Shown here: positions 11,827 through 23,932 of the stretch, in pieces
Numbering within the stretch: the first letter of the stretch is position 1
Layout of the letters: each line of letters starts with the position of its first letter
Assembly (NCBI GenBank): GCA_964252035.1
Contig: OZ176200.1
DNA from: Podarcis erhardii
Lineage: Eukaryota
Reading direction: 5' to 3' (one strand)
DNA length: 64,000 nucleotides
The notes under the pieces: generated by a model
Databases searched by the model: none
The model's input: only the letters and a program-made list of their open reading frames with translations
What the model was told of the DNA's origin: nothing
Position numbers and translations under genes: made by a program

Positions 11827-13808
11827 TCCTGACCATCATTCATCCAGTGAAGATCGCAAGGTGATGTCAAGGCCTGAGGAAATGGGGAGTAAAAGAAGTT
11901 TGTTAATGGAACTCACATGCTGGTTTTGCCAGGCGTTTGTGTGATTGGCCTTGCTCAGGGTACCTCCCATATTAGGAACAGCCCAGGGGCATATTCACAA
12001 AATTCAGTGAGATGTGGGAGCAGTTATTTTCATGGCAAGGGGAATTGTCATGTGGATTGGGACTTAGGTTTTTGACCATAACTTTTCTTGCACAAAACTG
12101 CTATGCTACAGGAAGACCAATGATGAAGCAAACACTGCACCAATGGAAATAAAGCACAATGACTTGCTGGGTGGGAAAAACATGAACAATATATGCATAA
12201 ATACATAACAGTAGAGAGAGAGAAGGCCCATGTATCTCTCTCATGGGTTTCACGCTACTATAGAATATCCCTGCAAATGCTGAGAATTCTGTACACTTTG
12301 TTTCAAAGCCTTTTATGTTCTCAAAATTACTTCAAGCTAACTTGAATGTGTAGGGGGAAATGGGACTTCTTCTTCCCCTCCTCTCCAAAATTAAAAGTTT
12401 GGCCTTTTATTCAGAAAAAAGCAAATCTATATCAATCTTACTTCACTAGTTTTATGTTCCTTAATAATGTTCCCATTCTTTCCCATTTACTTCTCATGCT
12501 TCTATGGATATTATGCTCAAGTATTATCTTAGAGAAATCTGCCCCCTGAGCTCTGCAAACCAAAGCCCTGTTCATGCCTGCAGTACACACATTCACTGAA
12601 TGTTTGGGTGAAGGAGTGAAACCACAGGTCATTAGGAGCCCCTTTCACACCTTCTTCTAAATATACTTGAATATGAAGCTATATTTCCCCCACTTGTTCA
12701 GTGAGCATGCATGTGGAGGTTGTGAACAGGACTGGTACAGCGCAATATCACATGGTTTGATGATATTGATATCCATTGCATGCTCCCAAACAATGTTGCC
12801 TATCAGACTTCTCTTGTAACACTAGCATATACACAGTTCATAAACTACGGTTGACCACAATTTGATATAAATCAGTTTAGTCTTGTGATGGTGTGGCTTA
12901 TTTGCTCCAAGCCTTGGTTTTTTTTTGCTTTTTAATATTACACTGTAGCCAAATAATCTGGTGAACAATACTATATAAGCACAAAAGCATTTCAGTATTG
13001 GAACAAAGTGTTGTTTTGTGAGATAATTCATAAAATGTTCAATCATCTCCCAGTTTGCATGCAACTTTTTGAGTAGCTCTACATGCCATTTTTCACCACA
13101 GTAAAAAAAAAAAAAAAGCGAATGTCATACGTGTGTACACACATCCAGAACCTCTTGCTCAATCGGGAATCCCAGATATATGTACATGAATGTTTAAAAG
13201 ATGTATGTGTGGATGCCCCCCCTTCACATATTTTCTGCAGGAAACACTGGTGTTACAGCAGTGTTTTCCTGTGGCAGTTATGAAGTGCAGACCTGCCCTT
13301 TCTTGTAAGGTACTGTATGTTGTTATGTCTTCATAGCTGGGATCAGAGTCTAGACTTGCAGCATACATACATACATACAAACAAACAAACCCAAGACAAA
13401 TACAGCAGACAACTGAGCCATGGTTCTAGCTGTTTTGCTTCTGATTTTGAAAAGTGAGTTCTCACTCAGCTGTATACATGAAAATGTATTACAAATCCAC
13501 GGAGGGGGGATTCTCTGTTATAAAGTGACATGCAGTGGCGATCCAGTTAATGACTAAATAGTTGTCAGTATTCTTATTTGCTTTGATACATACACTTTCC
13601 TATTTCTGCTTCCCCATCCTAAAGAAAACATTTTGTGGCAAAGGTAGGATGTGTATTGGGACACAAAATGGGAATATAGAAACTTCATTTTCTGTTCCTT
13701 AGAGCAGAAAGACAAGCATTGCTACACTTAAGCAAAGAAGTTCCTGTTCTTTCAACATGCCTATGTTTTATCAACTCAGCTGTACTATGATGTTTATCTC
13801 CTCTATCT

Positions 13809-13814
13809 AATAAA
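13809..13814 (+). terminator. Candidate distal poly(A) signal of the same terminal exon
   Basis: AATAAA followed by G/T-rich sequence at the end of a repeat-free, UTR-like block. Confidence 0.4.
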
Positions 13815-14251
13815 GTGGTTATCATCTAACTTCTGATGTTTGGGAGCTGGCACCCAACTATGGAATACACAAATGCTTTGCGTTGCTCTGTAAGATATGC
13901 ACAAAGACTTAATTTCTCTCTAATTTTGCAATATTTTCACTTTACTGGAAGAATTTACTTTGCCAACCCTTGCAGGTTATGAATAAGAAGTATGCTGTTA
14001 TCTGCGGACCTACAGCCAACTTACAGAAAATATCTTCTTTCAATTAGCAAGAATAAACAAAACATTTGTTCTAGACTAGTTTGAAATCCTGACTTGAATG
14101 TTATGCACCCAACTAGGCATATTGCAAGTGGCTTCTCCCTTCTTAAGGGGGGCTGCAGGTATCGAGAACATGTGTGCTGATTGCTTTTCCACATCCCTTC
14201 CTCTTCCTACTAAGATACGCCATTTGATTGGTGCATTTTTTGGTACAACAG

Positions 14252-14375
14252 GAAGTCATGTTCATGGCATACCCTGCGCATGAGAAAGCGGGCAGAAAAG
14301 GAAAGCAGTGGCAAAACTGAAGCCAATGGCCTACGTAAACCCAAGGATATTCTGGGCAACAAAGTCTCTGTTAAA
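14252..14375 (+). CDS. KALRN: Kalirin exon, post-SH3 linker
   Basis: acag|...|gtgagt; (K)KSCSWHTLRMRKRAEKE...KPKDILGNKVSVK; 124 nt, phase 2 to 0. Confidence 0.95.
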
Positions 14376-15098
14376 GTGAGTAAGGCCATCAGAAGCTGTG
14401 CGCTGCCTCCTGCTTCTCATCCTCACTCCCCCTGCAACATCCTCTATATGGACAGGGGGTGACATCTGGCTTTTTACTTTGTTTTGTTTTTCCCTTTTTG
14501 CTTTTTATTTTTAATTTGTTTTACTTTTCGGTAGTAGTAGACATTTTGGCCGGATTTTGCATGCAAGATACAACACAGCTTTTTTCCCTCCTCACCACTG
14601 GCATCCAAAATGTAAGTAAATAGTTTCTGTGTGTGTGTGTGTATGTGTGTGTTTGTGTGTAGTATTTAACTTCAGAAGTTTAATGCAACCATCAAAAGTG
14701 TACGTGCAGTTAAAGATGTCCAGTTAAAAAGACCAAGCAGAGGCGAGCAAAATTTTCCCTTGGAGGGACCAAAAATCATGCCAGCCCAAATAAGGCAAGA
14801 CTTGGGTATTAATAGATGAGGAACAATCTGCAACAAATGATCCATGAGCAGCAAAATGCCTTCAGGGGTTGGTAAGCAATGACAGTGCAGAACAGGCAAC
14901 CTCTGTCAAAATGACCTGCTAGAAGTTTTCGTCGGGCTATTTCATCCTTCTAGGGCTGCTTAAACACTGCCTAACACTGCTGTTTTTAAACTAGTTTAGC
15001 TGTTGCGGCATTTCCAATCCTACAGAGATTGATTTGTATGTTATAGATGTATTATGACTAAGACTGTTCATATTGAAGACTTCCATGATGTTTTCAAC

Positions 15099-15128
15099 AA
15101 ATTCCTAGAAATTAAATTCCTAGAAATT
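15099..15128. repeat. 15-bp perfect tandem duplication
   Basis: AAATTCCTAGAAATT x2. Confidence 0.85.
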
Positions 15129-18100
15129 AGGGATGAGGAAGAAAAACTTCACCTTTCCCCACACCCAGTTGTGTAAGGGCAATGTTTACTTACTGCTCTG
15201 GTTCTTTCATGTAGCTTCTGACATCTTCTCCTGGAATTGTGCCTGCTATATAGGAACAACCCAAATAACTTCTAGCTCTTCTGGCTAATCATTAACCCTT
15301 CCCCCCCAAAAAAAGGAATTAGGAAAATCCAGTTGTAATAGTGAGTCATTTAGTTGGGAACTGTGATGCCTAGGGGGGTGGGGGGACACCACTCTGAGTA
15401 TTGTCTCTTTTTATTTGTTTTATTTAACAATATTTCTAAACTGCTTAAGCAAAAAAAGAAAAGTTCTAAGAAGTTTACATAACAGTCATAAATCCCACTT
15501 ATGCCCGCTAGTCCTCAAAGTCATTGTGAGAATCACATCACTGGTTGTCATTTTCTAGCTGAAAAAGAGACAGACTGATTTGGCAAGGAATTTTTTGTCC
15601 ACCATGGGATTGAATTCCACTCCCTGAAACCCAGTTTCAATGCTTTTCCTCTTAATAGGCATGGCTTACTGGAGACAGTGGAAGACACGCAAGTCATGCA
15701 GTTGGCACAAAATTCCTGCCCTCCATAAACATGATCTGAAGAAATCTCAGTGCAATTTTTTAGTATGAAAGTGCCATGAATGTTTGTGGAAGTGAAGCAG
15801 GAGTTTTGTAAGTGGCCCAACAGAGATGTGTGTACATTTTGCTTGCAGTGACACATTTTTTTTGAACATTTCCATGAAGAAGTGGGGCATGGAATTAATT
15901 GTGAAATGCCAGCTTTACCTTCTCGCCCACCACTACACCATTGTTTCCTGGGGTTGACATAACAGCTTTATGCCAAGCAACCTTCTCATGGACAAAGGCT
16001 ACAAAATGTTTGTGTAGCAAATTCATTGTGAGATCTGCAATGTAGGTTCATGAAACTCTTGGGGATGAAATGCTCAAGGCAACTATGATAAGCTTGCAAG
16101 CCTTAACGAGCATAACAGCATGTGACAAAAAGGCCCACCCCAAACCACCTTGATCTGTGATAACGCAGTCTGATCTGCGACTTCCAGCAGAATTACAAAC
16201 AGGGTATAACTACTCACACTGCTAGCCTTAGTGATGGCCTGAGTTGTTGCACAATGAGCATTGTCAATTCACCCTTTGCAGATCCCTAGACCAGTGTCTC
16301 CCAACCTTTTTCCAACAATGGCCCCCTAGGCACTAGCTGCGGTGTGATCAGTTGTTGTGGATCACCCTCCTAATATTGTGGGTGTCTACTGGGCTCTTCT
16401 ATCACTAACTTCCAACAACTATTTTGATCAGGCTCTTAAGCCTCAGTCCATCAAAGCACTTGGTCTCTAATGAACTACTGAAGTCAGTGGGGCTTAGGCA
16501 ATCAGAAAGTTGTTTGTGGGTTTTTTCCAAATATGGTGAGGAGTCAGCCACTTTTTTCATGTTCTTATGCCGTTCCAGATCCCTGCTGATGCCATTCAGC
16601 CAGCATTTGTTGGGGCTACTAATACATTGTCATTTTTATTTGTAAGGTTTTTCTTAGTTTTCATTCTGGTTGTGTGATTTGTCACATACAGTGTTTGGAT
16701 AATATGGAAGAGTGCCTAATACACCCCAGGTCCTTCTTGCTCCCTTTAGAACTTTATCAAATGGACCAAGTCTACATTCTGTGACTCATGCCATAGAAAA
16801 TCTTCAGGCAAATAATTTGGTTTCCATTCAAATTAATACTGTTTTTGGAATACCAATGACCGTACAGAAGTGTTTTTGTTGAATTGGGGTTTAAATTGAA
16901 TTAACTGTGGTGGTGGCAATGTAAAATCTGCATGCATTCTAACAACGTTTGCATTTTTGTGTTAATATGCTTGTGTTTGTCAGTGTCTATTCAGCAGTGC
17001 TAACTTCAGTGAGCCTGCTTGATGCTTTCATCTGCTTACCCTAGTTTAAAGTAAAGGAAGATAGGGCTCATATAACTTTAGCAGATGCGTAGGAGCTGCA
17101 GTTCTAGCAGGTGCAGCTTTTCCCCACTTCTGCCATGACCAGCTGCACCTGCTAAAATTCTTCTGTATAGCTGCTATATTTATTTAAAACTTTTCATACC
17201 ATTCTTCACTCATAAAAATTTCAGGGCATTGCACCATCAAGATAGACATAAAATGCAACAATAAAACCAGAGCAGAGAGAGGCTACATTCTTAAAACATG
17301 CACAAGATTAAATGCCAGGCTGAACAATAATATTTCAACCTGGTGCCATCAATGTAGGCACCACGCTAAGTCTCTATAACAAGAGTACTCCATAGAGGGC
17401 ATGCCAGTACCAAAAAAGGTCTTTAATCACACACAGGTTGTAGTGAGAATTGGTCTCCTTCAGGTTTGGGGATCTTAAGCTGTGTAGGGCTTTAAAAGTA
17501 AATACCAGCATATTTAATGTGGTGAATAGATTGCCACACACAAATATAGACATCTGGCCATACTACCCAGAACTCTGGCAGCTATATTCTGCATCTATAA
17601 CAATTGAAGCTTCCAAGTTGTCTTCAAGGGCACATGTAATGCAAGTCAGTAATCAAGGCAAGATGTTTCCAAAGCAGGAATCATCTTGACCAGACTGTTT
17701 AAGGTATATGAGCCTGGTTCTCCTTTGCAATCTGAGCAGTATAACAGGAAGAAGAGGGTTGAGCCATATATTGCAATTTAAAATGCCTTGAATAGTTTCT
17801 ACTTGCAGTCCGGCATGTTTCAATCACATATTGGTCTTTACCAGGAAACTACATTTCTAAAAATATTCCACAGGGGTGCAGGTGTGGAGAAACCCTTATT
17901 AATTGGAAACGAATGCATTCTTAAAATTCTTCACTGATATTCTGTATTACATATAATTTGTAATATTGGGTCACATTTCTAATATAATATCTAGAACAAT
18001 ATTTTAGAAACTCAAAGAGAATTTAATATTTCAAAATACATCTTTGCAAGTGACATAAACAATTGAAAGTTACATAAACAGTTATCCCTATGGCCCACCA

Positions 18101-18490
18101 TTCCCAATCTGCTCAGGAGGCTTGAAACTCCCAGAACAGCCAGATGGAACAATAATTTAGCATTCTACTGACTTCCACCCTATGTGCTTAGTGGTAGATC
18201 TATTTCTTTAAAATTCTAACTTTAAAATGTTACTTCTCAAAATATATATTATGCAGAACACTTTTTTTCTTTGCATTCTCTTGTGTCTGTCTTAAAAACA
18301 TACTAACATCAAAACACTGTAGTATAAAGAGAGCTCTAGCTACAAGCTCTTGTGGTAGCATATTTCTCAAACCTGTCTGGACAGTTAATAGTTCTATAGG
18401 TGCACACTATCTGTTGTGTAGATTGAAGCCAACACAGAGATTCAAGTTTTCATTTAGTATTTCCTTTGTTTAGTCTTTTTTTGACACATA

Positions 18491-18716
18491 CAGTGGTACC
18501 TCAGGTTACATACGTTTCAGGTTACAGACTCTGCTAACCCAGAAATAGTGCTTCAGGTTAAGAACTTTGCTTCAGGATGAGAACAGAAATCGTGCTCCGG
18601 CGGTGCGGCGGCAGCAGGAGGCCCCATTAGCTAAAGTGGTGCTTCAGGTTAAGAACAGTTTGAGGTTAAGAACGGACCTCCGGAACGAATTAAGTACTTA
18701 ACCTGAGGTACCACTG
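18491..18716 (+). mobile_element. Tc1/mariner-superfamily MITE, copy 1
   Basis: TIRs CAGTGGTACCTCAGGTTA / TAACCTGAGGTACCACTG, TA on both sides, internal caggttaagaac repeats. Confidence 0.9.
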
Positions 18717-18960
18717 TATAACATATGATTTTGAGCTGTGTTATAAATAATATTTGTGATTAAACAGCAATATATGGCTTTTTAACATCTCAGATTACTT
18801 GTAATACTTTTGAGTAAAGAAATATTATATGACAAATATTAATATTTAGCTTTAGCAGTTTGTGGGATTTTCATGGAATCATTATTTGTCTAAATTGTGG
18901 CAAAACTGGTTTGTGGATCTCAACCCAAAACTCTTTGGGCAGGAACGAGAAAGATCCATC

Positions 18961-18999
18961 AAAACTGCTTTGCAATTAAAGAAAAACTGCTTTGCAATT
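18961..18999. repeat. 17-bp direct duplication
   Basis: AAAACTGCTTTGCAATT at 18961 and 18983. Confidence 0.8.
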
Positions 19000-19746
19000 T
19001 AAATGACAATGGAGAGAAGTCTGGTTTAAGTGCAGCACTTATTTTTGTGTGAATGCAGGACAATAATAGTCACAATAATTATGTACAACTAAATACACCT
19101 TAAACACTCTTGCAGTTCCCAGGACAATTTTCTTTTTTCATTTGTGTTTGATATAAAAGCCCTTAACTCAGGGGTAACCAATGGAGTGTCCTTCTGATGT
19201 TGCTGAACTGCAGCTCCCTGACCATTGGCTGGGGCTAATGGCACTCAACCACATTCTGAGGGTACCATCTGCTTGACTACCCATGATCTGCTCTACTGAT
19301 CAGTCAGTTTTCTTTCTTTCTTTTTTAAAAGTAATATTTTTCTCTTGGTGCCTGTTTGACATGCTAAAAATTAAACACATCTACCACCTTGTTCTAGCTA
19401 AGGTTTGATACTACTCTTTTGATCAGGAATTGCATTGTTGCATCCTTCCCTTCCACAATCACTACAGGGCAGGCAGGGTGATCCACTTTTATCTGCTTGC
19501 GGATTATCCTACAAAAGAATGGAAAAGTTTGCTGTGGCAGCAGGGTGATCTCCCACATCCACCACTCAGAAGGGTATCTATAGTGCCTGTTATGTTGTGT
19601 ACATACCGTCAAACGAGTAATTTGATCTATCAGCAGTGATAAGACCAATAAGCATTTGGGACAGGATGCCTGGACCGAGTCTGGCCACACACACCTCAAA
19701 TCAATAGGCAATCAGTATTGTAAGGACGGTGCGGGGGGGGGGGGCT

Positions 19747-19758
19747 ATGAGTGCAGCC
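19747..19758 (+). CDS. KALRN: Putative coding end of an internal alternative first exon (MSAA)
   Basis: gctATG AGT GCA GCC|GTAAGT; phase-0 donor compatible with the exon at 20445; in-frame TAG upstream at 19705-19707; CCAAT at 19645. No transcript evidence. Confidence 0.4.
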
Positions 19759-20444
19759 GTAAGTGGGATACCTTATGCTGTGCTCTAATGTTTCTTTGGA
19801 TTTGGGCCAAGGAGCACAAAAAAACAAAAACAAAGAAAATGCTGTTTGGATTTTTAAGGTGGGTGCTTAAATTTAAAATTATGTACTTGCACACATCAGA
19901 TTGCATTTATGTTTAAGCTGACTGAAGTATATGGATCATGAACATTTTTAAAGGATTGACATTTGATAGGCTGAATGGTCAAACACCTGAAAGTCTTTTT
20001 AAAAAACACAACAAATCCAAGGAGATTGAACTCTTGGCTCCACCTGACGTTTTATTTCAAACTGAGTTCATTGGGAGGATATAGATTTCAGCACTAGAAC
20101 AGAATGTTAAGAGTTTGGTGAATGCTCTCCATGTATAGTATTGTTGTGGATGTTTTAAGGGCCTTGCAGAATGGGGGGTGGGAGTGGGCTGGTATAGCAG
20201 AGGTAGCTCCTCATACTGCTGCTTCCATTAAAACCTTTGATTTTTCCCCCCTTGAATGATTTCAAGATTACTACACCTTTTTTCTTCTTTTCCTGCTTGC
20301 CACTTAGTGCCTCTTTGTTTGGAAAGCATGTTAGTTGCACAGTGCACATTGCTACCTTGCGCTCACCTGCTTCTGCTGATCTTGTGCCTCTTAATCTCTC
20401 TCCCCATTGTAACTTTGTTCTCTTTCCTCCATGCTGCCAAAAAG

Positions 20445-20504
20445 GAGACAAACAGTTCAGAGGAGTCAGAATGTGATGACCTTGATCCCAACACTAGCAT
20501 GGAG
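20445..20504 (+). CDS. KALRN: Kalirin 60-nt exon
   Basis: aaag|...|gtagac; ETNSSEESECDDLDPNTSME; symmetric phase 0/0. Confidence 0.94.
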
Positions 20505-21018
20505 GTAGACAATAACCCTTTTGCACCTTCCCCTTCCCCCCACCTTGCACCTTTTTCTATCCCACCCCCCTGAGAAATTTTGCATGTGTAGTGGAATGCA
20601 CTTGGGGCTGACTGATAGGCAGAATGCCATCTCAGATAGCAGATCTAGGGCGGTGTTAAAGGGCAACAAACTATCACTGATCTAATTTGTTAAAAACCTT
20701 TTAACTGCCCTTTATATTCTGCACGTGAGGTGTCAGATTGGCTTGGGCTAATCCTTACGATACTGTAAATGTGTATCTTGTATGCACCAGTGTGTTTTGG
20801 ACTGCCTACAATGCTTGTTTTCCATTCCCTGGAGAAAAGTGTACAAAAAACCCACACCTACCATTGGCGATCACTTGAATATGCCCTTAATCATTACCGA
20901 TGAGAAATGGTCCTGTTTTGACCGATATTAGCAACTGTCCATGGTCAGCTGCTCTCCATTGGTACTACTGAAGTGCATTTACCAGTAAGATCTGGGCAGT
21001 TTCAGATTCCATTTAGTA

Positions 21019-21153
21019 CAAGGTGGGGAACCTGTGGTCCTCCCACTGTTAGACCCCCAACTCCCATCAGCTCCAGCTAGCATGGCTAATGGTCAGGGAT
21101 GATGGAAGCTGTAGTCTGACAAGAGTTGAAGAACCATTGGTGCCCCATCCCTG
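21019..21153 (+). mobile_element. hAT-like squamate MITE (caactcccatcagc family)
   Basis: TIR-like caaggtggggaac / gtgccccatccctg; related degenerate copies near 19150-19260, 40010-40075, 55750-55860 and 58120-58225. Confidence 0.6.
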
Positions 21154-21752
21154 GTTGCAGTGAAACTTGCCTTGCAGACTTCAGCTGTAAGGCAAACTTG
21201 ATACAACAATAAAAAATTGTCCGGTAGCACGTTAGAGACCAACTAATACAACAAGGCAGTGAATTCCTACCTCCCAACTTCCTTCTTTTATTTGCTTTTG
21301 GCTAAACAGTGCTATGTTGATACCACTGTACTTGCTGTGCCTTTGTAATTATAGTTTATTTTAAAAGACTTTTAATAGAATATCCATTGTTGGCCTCACT
21401 GCTTTGTTTACATGAACGCAAAACCTAGGGACAAAGGAAGAGGAAGCCCAGAAGAAAATGAGATACAGCAATATTTTTGTACGGAAGGAGTCAGGGAAAA
21501 GGTCTCATATTCTAAAAGGCCAGCAACACTGGGCCTTACACAGGCTCATTTCATGTGCTCCCCCATATATTATTTTATTGTCATGAAAAAGGAGCATATC
21601 CCTCTCTCCTCGTGACAGTTATGAAACATTTGTCCCTCTGCGAAGGCGGCCTTCTGCCATCTGCCTTGCCCTAGCAACAGTACTCTGCCAACTTGCAAAA
21701 TGTTACAATGCTGTTTTGAACTCGCAAACAAGTTGGCTACTTATACATCGAC

Positions 21753-21830
21753 AGAATCATAGAATCATAGAATCATAGAGTTGGAAGAGACCACAAGGGC
21801 CATCGAGTTCAACCCCCTGCCAAGCAGGAA
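21753..21830 (-). mobile_element. CR1 LINE/SINE 3' end with octamer tail
   Basis: (AGAATCAT)3 is the reverse complement of the CR1 (ATTCTRTG)n tail, followed by gagttggaagagacc...ttcaacccc. Confidence 0.85.
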
Positions 21831-21846
21831 GAAGAAGAAGACACAG

Positions 21847-21878
21847 ATGTATGTGCTAATTTATGTATGTGCTAATTT
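21847..21878. repeat. 16-bp perfect tandem duplication
   Basis: ATGTATGTGCTAATTT x2. Confidence 0.85.
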
Positions 21879-23819
21879 CTATGTATCTATGCAAATATAG
21901 GGCAGTATAGAAATTTAATAATAAAAATAGAGACAATTACTGTGATTTAAATAGAAATATGATGCATCTCAACATAGTGTGAAAGACTTTGGCCAGGTGA
22001 TATATATGCCTTCTCAATTTCTGGTCCAGATACTCACTGTTGATGGACAACTTCATGGGCCCTGATGTCCTCACTTGGGGCTCTTTATCTTTAAACTGGA
22101 CTTCAAATAGAGGACTGTCCTCTGTAAAGTAGGACACATTGCCACCCAGCTCCCAAAGTAGACTTGCAGTATCCCAGTGCTTCAGTTTGTTCTGTAATAC
22201 TCCATTCATCTGGTTGACCATGTCGTGTCCAGTAACCCTGCCTAATACTTACAGTATCCAGCCATCTTCCAAGCAGCTGGCTTGGACCACTCACAGTTCC
22301 ACAGTCTCCCTGCTTTGACTGATTAGTAAAAGTCTTCATCCATCTTCGTTTGTTCTTCCTCACTTCCTTCTCTTGAAAGGTGTGTATATATAGCAAAGGC
22401 AGGGGAGTGCACACACTTGCCGCTGTCTGTCTGCTAGTCATTAGACTCCAAAGCAGAATATTGAGGCTCTTCAGTCTTTGGGTAGGTTAAGAACAAAATG
22501 GCTACTATACACCTCTTCCCTTCTCTGAGCTTGTCCTTAATAGGTGCCCTCTGCTTTTCTTAACACAACCAACCAGCTAGATTTCATGGTAAAAAAATAA
22601 AAATGCAGCTGCTCTTGGCTCTGAATGGTACTGTCAAGAGCAGAGAGCGGGTAAGGGGGGACATTTGACAGGAAACTGGCTTAGAGGTCTCTATAGGTTG
22701 GAAGTGCAATTCAGATTGGAAAGATGTATGCCAGTTAGGATAGCCACCCTCCCCCAACCCAAAGAAATGCCCCAAACTTTTAATGGCTAGATGACAGGTA
22801 ATACAGTAACTGCTATATTCTCCATGAGCAGAACTCAGGCTGGCAAAAGGCAAAAAAAGAAGAGATGGATTCTGAAAAGGCTTATTAATGTGCAACTGAG
22901 CCACGTCCAAATGAACTAGGCAATTTGCCATGGCTACTTGTCCTGAAGGTGCATTGTTAAAACTTTAAATAATGTGGATCCCTTTTTTGCCAGTCCTGCT
23001 TTCTGCATATTTAGGGTGCAGCTGCACTTTACAATTGTTGCAAGAAATGTGAATGTTAGGGGAAAGGAGTAAACATTTAAAATTCATAATTTTAAAACTG
23101 AAACTTTGAGTTTTACAATTTGTCAAATTTCACCTTTGAAATTTGTCTTTGAGAGTAAACTATGATTCTTGCTGGTGAATTTTAAGACTCAAAATGCCAG
23201 CTCTATTTCCTGCAGCAATTATAATGTGTAGTACTGCCTATTAATAAAACCTCCCATCTCAGCCTTATGCGAAATAGTGATATTCTTTGTTTTAAATATC
23301 CATTTGTGTTTGAGCGGTTGCAAAGCAGTTCATCATTAATCCACGAATCTTGGTGCAAAGCTGCTCTCTGCTGCTGAAGCAAAGTATTGCTTACAGAGGC
23401 TGCTTTTTCTCCAAGAAAGAGTGGTAATGTTTTTCATAAGTGTAACATAAAGTGTAGTTTGACCATCACATTGGGCCTAAATGTATATAGTAGGAATGCT
23501 CTATAGTAGGAACTGAATGAATTTCAGAATATTTGCTAAAAATAACTAAATTTGCTTCAGTGTGTGAACACACAAATTCTAATTTTATTATGTCCCAACA
23601 TTACTATTTGCAGATATTATTAGATTAAAACAATTTTTAAAAAAGCTAAAACATTTGATTTGACAGGTTAATAATCCAGTCTCAGATTTCACTTCTCAAG
23701 ACTAACGTTTTCTAAAGTCATCCCTCAAAACTGAGGTTCAAATTTCACTTGAAACCCTTTGTAACTGAAAGCTTCAAATTTTAATGTTGTGCACATTTAG
23801 AGCTTCGTCTGTGGTTTTA

Positions 23820-23932
23820 GTGTGCCAGTGCTTGTCAGTGATGATTCCCCACCCCCAATTTCCAGCCACACGCTGCTTCCGACTACAGTATTCCGTGTAT
23901 GTCCAGGAAATTCCGGATGTATGGCAACCCTA
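23820..23932 (-). mobile_element. Partial hAT MITE (TAGGGTTGCCA TIR family)
   Basis: Terminal ~45 nt are the reverse complement of the start of the copy at 46117. Confidence 0.7.

Noticed and set aside
21753-21778. Short direct repeats as a CRISPR-like array
   Set aside because: Contiguous octamers with no spacers, matching a CR1 tail in a vertebrate genome.
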